Shown one piece after another: positions 39,577 to 48,956 of a DNA stretch of 64,000 nt. The translations under genes and the position numbers were made by a program. How positions within the stretch are numbered: the first letter of the stretch is position 1; every line of letters starts with the position of its first letter. The notes beneath the pieces are model-generated. The model did not search any database. It was not told where the DNA came from and saw only the letters and a list, made by a program, of their open reading frames with translations. Origin of the DNA: Capsulimonadaceae bacterium (GTDB lineage Bacteria; Armatimonadota; Armatimonadia; Armatimonadales; Capsulimonadaceae); NCBI GenBank assembly GCA_965215505.1, contig OZ244065.1, positions 4,512,001 through 4,576,000 of the forward strand. The letters run 5' to 3'.

Positions 39577-40185
39577 TCAGGGGGTGGCAGTTCGCGGCAG
39601 AATGCCCCGGCGGCGGGCAAACCCTTGCAGCAGGTCGTGGAGCTTCATCCGCCCCCGCGCCAGGCGCGAGCGGACCGTGCCGATGGGGACGTTTAAAGCC
39701 AGGGCCGCCTCGGCGTATTCCAGGCCCTCCACGTCCACCAGCAGTACGCACAGCCGCAGGACCTCGGGCAGCATCGCCAGAGCTTTTTCCAGCTCCTCGT
39801 CCAGAGTCCCCGCCAGCAGGGCGACGCCGGGGACGTCTGAGGGGGCGGCGTGAGTCTGGGCCGGGCCGGCTTCACCCAACGAGGTCAGCGTGTCCAGGTC
39901 CGGCCCGGACTCGAACTTGCGCCGCCGGTGGTACTCGTTGATGAAGAGGTTGGTCAGGATACGCAGCAGCCAGGGTCTGGCGTCCGTGCCCTCGCGGAAG
40001 CGGCCTTCCAGGTAGGCGACATAGGCGCGCACCAGGGCATCCTGCACCAGATCCTGTGCCCAGTCGTGGTCGCCCCGGCACAGGCGCAGGGCCGCGCCCA
40101 TCAGGGCCGCCTCATGCCGCCGCGCCAGATCCGCGAAGGCGGCCCGGCGCGTCCGCGCTTCTTTTCCCGGCGGTTCTTGTGTCAT
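39577..40185 (-). CDS. ECF sigma-70 factor
   Basis: AQDLVQD, WLLRILTN, EGLEY.E.A..L.VPIGTVRSRL.RGR. Confidence 0.95.
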   Translation of the reverse strand: MTQEPPGKEARTRRAAFADLARRHEAALMGAALRLCRGDHDWAQDLVQDALVRAYVAYLEGRFREGTDARPWLLRILTNLFINEYHRRRKFESGPDLDTLTSLGEAGPAQTHAAPSDVPGVALLAGTLDEELEKALAMLPEVLRLCVLLVDVEGLEYAEAALALNVPIGTVRSRLARGRMKLHDLLQGFARRRGILPRTATP

Positions 40186-40195
40186 GTCCCCCTTC

Positions 40196-40221
40196 TACAA
40201 AGCGGTACTCCGGAAAGTTCC
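40196..40221 (-). promoter_or_regulatory. Possible autoregulatory ECF promoter
   Basis: GGAACT-N16-TGTA just upstream of the sigma gene. Confidence 0.4.
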
Positions 40222-40366
40222 ATAAAAAATCAAGGCAGGGGACTGTCGCCTTTAGGCGTCTGGGGAATGCCTTCCTGTCTGCCGAAGGCGTATCCCCGCC
40301 CTGCGACTTCCTTTCAGTTTTCGTTGAGTGTTTGACATTTGTGTAACGCGTCCCATATATGGGGCT

Positions 40367-40867
40367 ATGCCGCAAGAGAGCTACAGGAAGACAGCGGGAG
40401 GCGTTTTCAACCTCGGCTACCACTTTGTCTGGTGCGTCAAGTACCGAAAGCCTTTGCTGGTCGGCGACGTGGAGACTCGGCTCAAAGGACTGCTTCACGA
40501 ACGCGCCGCCGTGCTGGACTTGACGGTCGCACAGTTGGAGGTCATGCCCGGCTACGTTCACCTGTCTGTCAGCGCACCGCCTACCGATGCGCCCCAGCAC
40601 TACGCGAACCAGTTCAAGGGTCACACGTCCCGCGTTCTGCGGCAGGAACTCCCGCACCTGAAAAGCCGTCTGCCTGCGCTCTGGAGCAGAAGTTACTATT
40701 GCGGTTCGGCGGGCGATGTCCCGGCAGCGGTCGTTCAGCGGTACATTGAAGCGCAGAACACGCGCGACGCGGTTCTTCCGAGAGGCAGGGGGCAGTTGAA
40801 CAAGGCTTTCCGTTATCTCCTGTACCCGAACCGCTGTACCCGAACCGCGAACAGTCCGAGGCCATGA
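40367..40867 (+). CDS. tnpA: Y1 HUH transposase TnpA, probably inactive
   Basis: YHFVWCVKYR, FKGHTSR, LWSRSYY, YIEAQ; HUH reads YVH; no stop before the tnpB start. Confidence 0.85.
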   Translation: MPQESYRKTAGGVFNLGYHFVWCVKYRKPLLVGDVETRLKGLLHERAAVLDLTVAQLEVMPGYVHLSVSAPPTDAPQHYANQFKGHTSRVLRQELPHLKSRLPALWSRSYYCGSAGDVPAAVVQRYIEAQNTRDAVLPRGRGQLNKAFRYLLYPNRCTRTANSPRP

Positions 40868-42362
40868 CAATCCTCCTGAACACGCATCGGCATCTCTACA
40901 ACTCGGCTCTGGCAGAACGCAAGTCGGCCTACGAGGCGGAGAAACGTACCGTGGGTTATCAGGACCAGTCGGCGCACCTGAAAACCACCCGCAAGGAGAA
41001 CCCGTACCTGGCTCTGGCAAACTTCTCGTCCTGCCAGCGCACATTGAAGCGGCTTGACCGAGCATTCGCCGCCTTCTTCCGCCGCATCAGAGATCAGTCC
41101 AAGAACGGTGACAGAAAGATTGAGAGAACGCCTGGCTACCCGCGCTTTTGTGGCTATGGCCGCTTTGACAGCGTGGAGTTCACGCAGGGCGACGGGGCCA
41201 GACTGACTGCCGATGGCCGCGCCTACTTCCAGAGCGTCGGCAACGTCAAGGTCAAGATGCACCGCCCCGTGGAGGGCAAAATCAAGACCGTCACGTTCTG
41301 CCGACAGGCAGGCCGCTGGTACGCCGTGTTCGTGTGCGACGTTGCCGACACTGACGCCGAACAGTCCGAGAACCCTGCCGTGGGGATTGACCTCGGCTTG
41401 AAGTCCTTCTTCGTGACCAGTGACGGCGCGGAAGTGAAGCCGCCGAAGTTCTACCGCAAGGCGCAAAAGAAACTTCGCCGCGTCCAGCGGACCGTGTCCC
41501 GCAAAAGGAAGGGCGGCACGAACCGCCGCAAGGCCGTTCAGCACTTGGCGCGTGTTCATCAGCACGTTGCCTGCCAGCGCAAGGACTGGCAGCACAAAAC
41601 GGCCCTGTCGCTGGTTCAGCGGTACGGGTTGGTCGCCCACGAAGACCTGAACGCGAAAGGCATTGCCCGCTCTAAACTTCCTGGGCTTGCCAAATCCACG
41701 CACGACCCAGGGTGGTCGCAGCTTCTCTCCGTTCTGAGGCAGAAGGCTGAAAGCGACGCTGTCCTCGTGGTCGGAGTGAACCCGCTCAAACATGGGAGTC
41801 GCTTCTTGTCGGCAAGGAGTTGTTGCATAAACTCGATCTCGCTTTCAAGGTCTTCAATGCTCATGTCTTTATATCGCCTGCCGTTGCCGTTGTTCCCGCG
41901 CCACAACTCTAAGTTTTCTAAACAGTTGTCGGTTTTCTCTCCGTTCTTGTGGTGTACGGTTTCCGTTGGCTGTAAATATCTGCCTAAGTGCGCCTCCATC
42001 ACAAGGCGGTGTTGAAACACATAGCCGTTTCTGGCATTAGGATGTTCGGGATTACGGACTTGAACGTACCCCCGTCTGTTGGTACGCTTGCCGCCTTTCC
42101 AGTTGAGATTACTTTCGCCACGGGGTTGAGGCTTGGAAATCTTGAATGAACAAGGCTGGCAAGTTCCCGATAGGCTGCCTGCTGTTATGCTAGACCTAAC
42201 CGTTGCCACTGACACTCGTTCCACTTTCTTGCAGGCAACACAGGTGCGTTCAGTGGCTTTCAGGCTGACCGCGACTTCAACGCGGCCAAGAACATACTTT
42301 GCCGTGGTACGGCTTTGTGCAGGGCGGGGACACCGCCTTTGGGAGCCAACGTAGGCCAGTAG
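40796..42362 (+). pseudogene. tnpB: TnpB RNA-guided nuclease, frameshifted and interrupted
   Basis: KAFRY.LYPN start, 14-bp duplication at 40821-40848, RuvC-I GIDLGL, RuvC-II HEDL, break after VNP (41784), resumes GFQADRDFNAAKNIL at 42255. Confidence 0.92.
41785..42254 (-). CDS. Zinc-finger plus HNH endonuclease reading frame, antisense inside tnpB, with no clear start or stop of its own
   Basis: TCVAC...CQPC, NWKGG, GYV..HRLVME.HLGR.L, VHHKNGEKTDNCLENL; AT-richer than the flanks. Confidence 0.85.
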
Positions 42363-42420
42363 GCTGCCAGTAGGCTATGCGTTTCCCAAGAAGCCGGCCC
42401 CTCTAGGGGTAGGAGTCGTC
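42320..42420 (+). ncRNA. Putative omegaRNA/reRNA scaffold at the IS right end; 5' end uncertain
   Basis: Overlaps the tnpB 3' end and right end; GGAGCCAACGTAGG...GCGTTTCCCAAGAAGCC then hairpin. Confidence 0.5.
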
Positions 42421-42433
42421 CGCAGACCCTTCA

Positions 42434-45139
42434 TCACGCAGACCCTTCATCTTGTGCCAGCGCGTAATCCACCGTCTGCTCCCAGTCCATTCCCTGCCCC
42501 GTGGCCCAGGCGCTGCGGAAGGCTTCCGTGCCCAGTGCCTCGCGCACGGAGGCGACGCGGCCGGCGAGTTCCTCCTGCTCCGCGGAAGTCGGAGGGTTCC
42601 CTATGGTCTCGCGCAGGCAGGTAGCGGCCCCTAGAAGCCGGGCGGCCCGCGATGACCTCCCCTGCGCGTGTGCCACCCCCGCCAGGCCCTCCAGGCTGTC
42701 GGCGGTGTCCAGCCTGCCGCCCAGGCGTCGCAGGATCGTCAGGCACTCCTCAAGCAAGGCCCGTGCCGCCGCCAGGTTGCCCTGCCGGAAGGCCACATTC
42801 CCGAGGTTGCTGAGCGCGGCGGCAATCCCATTTTCGTTCCCGAGGCGCCGCGCGATCGCCAGACTCTCCTCGTGCAAGGCCCGCGCGAGGGCGGGGTCGC
42901 CCTGCCGTTCGGCCACGACCCCCAGGATGTTGAGTGAGACGGTGATGCCGGTCTGGTCTTTCTGCGCCCGCAGGACCGCCAGGCACTCTTCAAGCAAGGC
43001 CCGCGCCTGCGTGTGGTCGCCCAGCCGGAAGGCCACAAGCCCCAGCCCGAGCAGCGAGTAGGCGACGCCGTTCCGGTTCCCGACTTCCCGCGCGATCGTC
43101 AGGCTCTCCTCGAACAGGACACGCGCCGCACCGCTGTCGCCCTGCTCGGAGGCCAGGATGCCCGCCCCGTAGAGCGCCCTCGCCCGCACCGGTGCCGCGC
43201 CCGCCGCCCCGTTCAGCCCCGCCGCCTTCGCGAGTGCCCGGTCCAGCCACTGACGCCCCTCGGAATGATTGCCGCGCACCGACCAGAGCCACCAGAGCGC
43301 TGCCGCAAGCCGCAGGCCCTCCGCCGCACCCGCCACCGACCGCTCCGCCGGACGCATGTACCAGAAGAGGCTCGACCGTAGGTTGTCGTGTTCCGCCTCC
43401 AGCCGCCTCAGCCACGCCGCCTCCTCCGGCCCCCGCGCCTCCTTCTCCGCCTCTTCCGCCAGCGCCAGGAACCAGGCCGCGTGGCGGCCGCGCACGGTTT
43501 CCGCCTCGCCGCTCTCTTCCAGCCGGTCGCGGGCGTACTGGCGCATGGTCTCCAGCAGGCGGTAGCGGGCCGTGCCGCCCGCCTGTTCCTCGTAGACGAC
43601 CAGACTCTTGTCCACCTGCCCCATCAGGAGATCCAGCACCTCGGCGCTCTCCACATTCCCCCCGGAGCAGACGTGTTCCGCCGCCTCCATGGTCCAGCCA
43701 CCTGTGAACACCGACAGCCGCCGCAGCAGAATCTTCTCCCGATTCGTCAGCAGGTCATACGACCAGTCGATCAGTGCCCGCAACGTCTGCTGCCGGGGGA
43801 GGGCGGTGCGGGAGCCGCCCGTCAGCAGGCGGAACCGGTCCTCCAGACGCGCCATGACCTGCTCGACGGGCATGGCCCGGACGCGCGCCGCCGCCAGCTC
43901 GATCGCCAGGGGGATGCCGTCCAGTTGCCGGCAGATCTGCGCCATGGCGGCGGCGTTGGAGTCCGTCACCGCGAACGACGGCTGGACGGCCTGGGCGCGC
44001 TCGGCGAACAGGAGGACGGCCTCAAACCGTGACACGGCCCCAGCCGTCTGCGCCTGCTTCGGGTCGGGCAGCGACAGGCCGGGGATGCGGCAGGTCTGCT
44101 CACCCGCCACGTTCAGGGCCTCGCGCGACGAGGCCAGGAGGCGGACGTGGGGACAGGCGCGCAGCAGATCCGACGCCAGTGCGGCGCAGGCGGGCAGCAT
44201 GTGTTCGCAGTTGTCCAGGATCAGGAGGAGGTGACTCGTTTTCAGCGCGTCCGTCAGCGTGTCCGCGATCGGCCGGCCTCCCTGCTCCTTGATGCCCAGC
44301 ATCTGGGCGACGATCTGGGGCAGCAGGGAGGGGTCGGAGAGCGAGGCGAGTTCGGCGAGCCACACGCCGTCGTTCCCCTCGGCGAGCAGGTCGGCGGCCA
44401 CCCGAAGCGACAGGCGCGTCTTCCCCGCGCCGCCGGAGCCTACGAGCGTCACCAGGCGCGACTTCCGCATCAGCGCCTTGATCTCCGCGACCTCACCCCC
44501 CCTGCCGATGAAACTGGTCGTCTGCTGGGGCAGGTTGTTGGGCGGGGCCGGGCCGTCCAGTGAGCGCAGGGGCGCGAAGTCGGTGGGCAGGGCAGGGTGG
44601 AGGAGTTGGAAAACCCGCTGCGGGCCTTTCAGGTCTTTGAGGCGGCGCTCGCCCAGGTCCTGGAGCGCCGCGCCGGGCGGCAGGGAGTCCCGAACCAGCG
44701 CCTGCGTCGCCTCCGAGAGCAGTATCTGGCCGCCGTGCCCCGCCGCCACGAGGCGGGAGACGCGGTTGAGGGGCGGGCCGAAGTAGTCCCCGCCGCGCTC
44801 CTCGCAGGCCCCGGTGTGCAGGGCCATCCGCACCAGGAGCGGCGTCGGCAGGCCCCACGGCTCGGCGCACAGGGAGGTCTGGGCGGCTAGTGCCGCTTCC
44901 AGAGCAGCCCCGGCGACGGCGAAGGCCGCGTAGAAGGCATCGCCGACGGTCTTGAAGACATGGCCGCCGCTCCGCTCGACGGCGCGGCGGAGCAGGACGT
45001 CGTGCCGCGCCAGGGCCGGGCGCATGGCGTCGGGGTGCGCTTCCCAGAGGCCGGTACTCCCCTCGACGTCTGTGAACAGAAATGTGACCGTGTCTGTGGC
45101 CGTGTCTGTGACCGTATCTGTGGGCATGGCGGCGGGCAT
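42434..45139 (-). CDS. Class III adenylate cyclase - STAND ATPase - TPR protein
   Basis: FTDVEGST, KTVGD, DYFG..LNR..R; Walker A GSGGAGKT, LDNCEH, GIPLAIELAAAR; TPR repeats. Confidence 0.93.
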   Translation of the reverse strand: MPAAMPTDTVTDTATDTVTFLFTDVEGSTGLWEAHPDAMRPALARHDVLLRRAVERSGGHVFKTVGDAFYAAFAVAGAALEAALAAQTSLCAEPWGLPTPLLVRMALHTGACEERGGDYFGPPLNRVSRLVAAGHGGQILLSEATQALVRDSLPPGAALQDLGERRLKDLKGPQRVFQLLHPALPTDFAPLRSLDGPAPPNNLPQQTTSFIGRGGEVAEIKALMRKSRLVTLVGSGGAGKTRLSLRVAADLLAEGNDGVWLAELASLSDPSLLPQIVAQMLGIKEQGGRPIADTLTDALKTSHLLLILDNCEHMLPACAALASDLLRACPHVRLLASSREALNVAGEQTCRIPGLSLPDPKQAQTAGAVSRFEAVLLFAERAQAVQPSFAVTDSNAAAMAQICRQLDGIPLAIELAAARVRAMPVEQVMARLEDRFRLLTGGSRTALPRQQTLRALIDWSYDLLTNREKILLRRLSVFTGGWTMEAAEHVCSGGNVESAEVLDLLMGQVDKSLVVYEEQAGGTARYRLLETMRQYARDRLEESGEAETVRGRHAAWFLALAEEAEKEARGPEEAAWLRRLEAEHDNLRSSLFWYMRPAERSVAGAAEGLRLAAALWWLWSVRGNHSEGRQWLDRALAKAAGLNGAAGAAPVRARALYGAGILASEQGDSGAARVLFEESLTIAREVGNRNGVAYSLLGLGLVAFRLGDHTQARALLEECLAVLRAQKDQTGITVSLNILGVVAERQGDPALARALHEESLAIARRLGNENGIAAALSNLGNVAFRQGNLAAARALLEECLTILRRLGGRLDTADSLEGLAGVAHAQGRSSRAARLLGAATCLRETIGNPPTSAEQEELAGRVASVREALGTEAFRSAWATGQGMDWEQTVDYALAQDEGSA

Positions 45140-45232
45140 GGGAGACCTCGTTTCATGCCGGGCTGCCGGGGACAAGATTCCCAGCGGCCCGGAGACCAGC
45201 AGGAACAAACCGCCGGGCCTGGGGGCGGGGGG

Positions 45233-47692
45233 TCATTCGACCACTCCGACCAGAAGGCAGACGTCGTCACGCGTGAAGCCGCCCGCCGCCGCCGCATCCA
45301 CCCCAGCGATCAGGTTCCGGGTCATGTGTTCGGCCACCGACCCGGCATCGCCGGTCTGCGCGCAGGCGACACTCCGCCCCAGGAGGTCGGCGACGCCCCC
45401 GATCCCCAGCAGCTCCGCGCGCGACCTGCCCACCTCCGTCAGCCCGTCCGTGAACACCGCCAGCGCGTCCCCGGACCCGAGGGCGACCGTCCGCTCCTCG
45501 AAGACCCCTCCCTCGAACGATCCCAGGACCGGGCCTGTCGGGGCAAGAGGCTCGACCATCCCCGCCTTCCGCCGCACGAGGGCCGGCTCCTGCCCGCAGT
45601 TCACATAAGTCAGCGTGCCCGCCGCGCTGTCATAGGCCCCGACGAACATCGTACAAAAGCCCGACAGGAGGCCCTGCGTGGCGAGGAGCGCGTTCAGCCC
45701 CCCGAGCGCCCCCGCCAGCGTCCGGGCGCGGTACAGGGCGTAGCGGAGCATGTTCCGCACCGTCGCCACCTGCGTCGCCGCCGCCAGGCCCTTCCCGGAG
45801 AGGTCGCCGACCACGAGGGCGGTGCAGCCCTCCTCCATGGGGAACACGTCGTAGAAGTCTCCGCCCACTCCCGCCTCGTCCAGCGCGGCCCGGAAGTAGT
45901 GCGTCAGCGCCATGCCGGGGATGTGTCCCGGAACGGCGGGCGTCAGGGCCGACTGGAGCTGCCGGGCGATGTTGCGTTCCCGCTCCGCCAGGCGCTCCCG
46001 CTCCTCGTCCAGCGCCCTGCGCTCGCTGATGTCCGAGAACGTCACCACGGCGCCGCTGACCGTCCCATGCTCGAGGATCGGCGCGGCGCTGTAGGCGACG
46101 GGGAAGGGGACGCCGTCCGCGCGCCAGAACACGTCGCCTTCCGCATGAACACTCTCGCCGCTGCGGAGGGCGCGGCAGATCGGGCACTCGGCCTCGGGGT
46201 AGGGGGTGCCGTCGGGCCGCGAATGGTGGATCAGCGCATGGTCGCTCCGCCCAATGACCTGAGACCGCACGAGGCCGAGCATCCGTGCCGCCGCCTGGTT
46301 GACGAAGGTGAAGCGGCCCTCCAGGTCGATGCCGTAGACTCCCTCGCCCGTGGACTCCAGGAGCTGCCGGTATCGCTCCTCGCTCTCGCGCAAGGCCTGT
46401 TCACTGCGCTTGCGGGCGCTGACATCCTGGTAGAACACCGAGAGGCCGTCCGCAGAGGGGAAGGCGCGGACCTCAAGCCAGGCGTCCAGGGGCCGGTAGA
46501 ACTCCTCGAACGTGACGGCGGTGTCCTCGGCCATCGCGCGGCGGTACTCGCGCTCGAACGTCGAGCCGAGCAGCCTCGGGTAGACCTCCCAGAAGTTGCG
46601 CCCGAGGATCTGGCCGCGCTTCTTGGTCATCAGCCGCTCGGCCTGATCGTTGACGCGGGTGACGTTCCAGTCCCGGTCGAGTGTGAAGAACGCGTCGGTG
46701 ATGCTCCCGAGGATGCGCGCCGTGGCCTCGGCTTCGCGCGCCAGGGCGCGCTCCTGGCGGGTGACCTCGACGGTCAGCCAGGTGTGTTCGACGGCCGTCC
46801 GGAGCAGTCCCACCTCCTCGGGCTTCCAGCGCCTCGGCTCGCCGCTGTGGACCGCGATGCAGGAGACGAGGCGCGCGGAATGCACCACGGGCACGGTGAC
46901 GTGGGCGCGGATGCCGATGGCCTCATACGCGGCGATGTTGCCCTCGGGGACCCGCATGGTGTCGGCGCGAACGTCATCCACCGCGACCTCCCGCCCCGCC
47001 GCGTACTCGGAGACGACGAACGGGCCGAAGGAGGAGATCGAGAAAACGCCCACGATGCTCGGCACCGAGTCGTCGGCGCAGTAGTCATGGGGGATTACGC
47101 AGGTGTCGGCGACGATGTCTATGTCGGCGAAGACGCAACGGGAGACAGCGAGGAACTCGCCCACCGAGTTTACGGCGTCGGCGATGACGGCATCCGGGTC
47201 GGTCAGCCGACGCGCCCGCTCGGCGAGGTCCGCCAGGAACCGCTCGCGCCGCCCGCGCTCGACCCGCTCGGTCGCGTCCTGGAAGAAGACGGCCAGCCCC
47301 TCGCTGGACGGGAAGACGCGGACCTCGAACCAGCAGGAGAGCGGCGGGAAGAACTCGTCGAAGGCCACCGCGACCTGCTCGCCGGCGGCGCGGCGGTATT
47401 CATGTTCAAACGTCGAGCCGACCGCCTCCGGGAACTCGTCCCAGATGCCCTTGCCCAGCAGGGCCGCGCGCGTGCGGGAGAGCAGGCGCTCCGCCTGGGC
47501 GTTGACATGGGTAAAACGCCACTGGAGGTCAAGAGCGAAGAAGGCATCGGTGATGCTGTCCAGGATGTGGGCGGCGCGGGCGTGAAGGAGGGCGCTCGTC
47601 TCGCCGACCGGTGCGGGTGTGGCATCGGGCGCGGCGTCGGACACTGCCGTTTCTCGGGTTGGGCCTGGGTCGGTGAAGGGGTCGGACGCCAT
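45233..47692 (-). CDS. PAS-GAF-PAS-PAS-SpoIIE (PP2C) phosphatase
   Basis: Three PAS domains (SITDAFF.LD..W), GAF, VGGDFYD, GDLSGKG, FTDGL.E, DDVC. Confidence 0.93.
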   Translation of the reverse strand: MASDPFTDPGPTRETAVSDAAPDATPAPVGETSALLHARAAHILDSITDAFFALDLQWRFTHVNAQAERLLSRTRAALLGKGIWDEFPEAVGSTFEHEYRRAAGEQVAVAFDEFFPPLSCWFEVRVFPSSEGLAVFFQDATERVERGRRERFLADLAERARRLTDPDAVIADAVNSVGEFLAVSRCVFADIDIVADTCVIPHDYCADDSVPSIVGVFSISSFGPFVVSEYAAGREVAVDDVRADTMRVPEGNIAAYEAIGIRAHVTVPVVHSARLVSCIAVHSGEPRRWKPEEVGLLRTAVEHTWLTVEVTRQERALAREAEATARILGSITDAFFTLDRDWNVTRVNDQAERLMTKKRGQILGRNFWEVYPRLLGSTFEREYRRAMAEDTAVTFEEFYRPLDAWLEVRAFPSADGLSVFYQDVSARKRSEQALRESEERYRQLLESTGEGVYGIDLEGRFTFVNQAAARMLGLVRSQVIGRSDHALIHHSRPDGTPYPEAECPICRALRSGESVHAEGDVFWRADGVPFPVAYSAAPILEHGTVSGAVVTFSDISERRALDEERERLAERERNIARQLQSALTPAVPGHIPGMALTHYFRAALDEAGVGGDFYDVFPMEEGCTALVVGDLSGKGLAAATQVATVRNMLRYALYRARTLAGALGGLNALLATQGLLSGFCTMFVGAYDSAAGTLTYVNCGQEPALVRRKAGMVEPLAPTGPVLGSFEGGVFEERTVALGSGDALAVFTDGLTEVGRSRAELLGIGGVADLLGRSVACAQTGDAGSVAEHMTRNLIAGVDAAAAGGFTRDDVCLLVGVVE

Positions 47693-47809
47693 TGAATCAA
47701 GTCCAGCCTTGCTTGAACGATAAGGCATTATACCCGCAGACTCGGGGCGGGGCCTCATTTCTTCAGCGAGCGGCTCGGCTCGGTCAACACCGGCGTCGGA
47801 ACTCCGGCG

Positions 47810-48064
47810 TCAGGGCTGCGTGGCCCAGGCCAGACGGTAGATGCAGACAGAGGCGGAGGTCAGGATGAGCAGGATGACGCAGAGCAGATACCAGTCGACG
47901 CGCACCCGCCGCCGCTTCGCCGTCACGGCGGGTCCGGTTCTGACCCGCCGGCTGGGCAGGACCCGTGCCGGCACCCGCGCCGGGCGCACCGGGGCCGTGG
48001 GGCTTCCCGCGAACTCCGAGAGAGCCGCGCTGCTTTCTACTACTTTTGCTGTGCTGATCGCCAT
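47810..48064 (-). CDS. Small single-TM protein; may extend to 47755 if one C is surplus
   Basis: GGAGG RBS, TM helix, CATAAT promoter; the alternative frame ends LTEPSRSLKK like the peptide at 51909-52001. Confidence 0.6.
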   Translation of the reverse strand: MAISTAKVVESSAALSEFAGSPTAPVRPARVPARVLPSRRVRTGPAVTAKRRRVRVDWYLLCVILLILTSASVCIYRLAWATQP

Positions 48065-48145
48065 CGTGTCTGTCCTCCCGTGCTTTTGATGGGGCCATTA
48101 TGGCACCCCGACGGGGGGAGGGCGGTGCGACGAGTCACAGCGATT

Positions 48146-48161
48146 TGTGATAAGTATCACA
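48146..48161. promoter_or_regulatory. Consensus CRP-family binding site
   Basis: TGTGA-TAAGTA-TCACA immediately downstream of the crp-like gene. Confidence 0.8.
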
Positions 48162-48184
48162 GGGAATCAAGTATCACAGGGGGA

Positions 48185-48880
48185 TCATGTCGCGCAGCGG
48201 TGGCGCAGTGCTTGGGGGTCAAGCAGAGTCAGGCTGCTGCCGCTGGTGTGGATGAGGCCCGTCTTGCGGAGGCCCGACAAGGCGCGGGTGACACTTTCCC
48301 GCGTCGCACCGATGCGGTCGGCGAGTTCCTGATGCGTGATCCGCAGTGTGATCTCGGCTGGACCTCTGTCAGCGTTCGGGCCGCGATCGGGTGCCAGTTC
48401 CAGGAGTGCTTTGCAGAGCCGCCCCAGGACATCAAGCTCCTGGGCACTTTCCAGGGCGTCGGCGGCTTCGCGCAGGCGCTCGGCCAGAGTCGCCATGATC
48501 TGAGAAGCCACGGAGGGGGCATCACGGAGGCAGTGCTGGAATGCCGCCCGCTCGATGGTCAGACAGACGCACTCCGAGACGGTCACGGCGGAGGCCATGC
48601 GCGGCTTGCCGTCCAGCAGCGCGAGTTCCCCGAAATGGTCGCCCCGCCCGCGATACGCCAGATGGATCATTTCGCCGGACGCGCTGACTTTTTCGATTCG
48701 CACCTGCCCGGCCACGATGACATACAGCATGTGTCCCGGCTCACCGGCATGGAACAGCGCGGTATGTGGCGGATAGGTCCGGTGCCGCGTGAGGGATGCC
48801 ATTTCCCGCAAGGCCGGCTCGTCCAGTTCTTGGAACAGCGGGACGACTTTCAACGCGGACACGATTTGAGCCTGGTTCAT
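48185..48880 (-). CDS. Crp/Fnr family regulator
   Basis: FGELALLD..PRMAS cNMP pocket; THQELADRIGATRESVTR HTH. Confidence 0.95.
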   Translation of the reverse strand: MNQAQIVSALKVVPLFQELDEPALREMASLTRHRTYPPHTALFHAGEPGHMLYVIVAGQVRIEKVSASGEMIHLAYRGRGDHFGELALLDGKPRMASAVTVSECVCLTIERAAFQHCLRDAPSVASQIMATLAERLREAADALESAQELDVLGRLCKALLELAPDRGPNADRGPAEITLRITHQELADRIGATRESVTRALSGLRKTGLIHTSGSSLTLLDPQALRHRCAT

Positions 48881-48956
48881 CTTTTTTGCCCCATCCAGTC
48901 ACTAGTGTCTTCCCCTGCATAATCCATGCCAAATGTTCGCCAAGACTCCGCCCAGT

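Larger units (their letters stand above)
40231..42420 (+). mobile_element. Decayed IS200/IS605-family element; ends approximate
   Basis: Left hairpin CGCCTTTAGGCG (40247-40258), tnpA and tnpB, right hairpin CCCCTCTAGGGG after CCCAAGAAGCC. Confidence 0.9.

Noticed and set aside
41785-42254. Group I intron or IStron within tnpB
   Set aside because: The insert is wholly occupied by the HNH frame with no room for a ribozyme core, and removing it would not restore the zinc finger.
40796-42362. IscB or Cas9-like gene (RuvC plus HNH)
   Set aside because: No PLMP domain, the N-terminus is TnpB-type, and the HNH is on the opposite strand as assembled.
44960-47695. 911-aa plus-strand ORF
   Set aside because: Antisense shadow of the PAS/PP2C gene.
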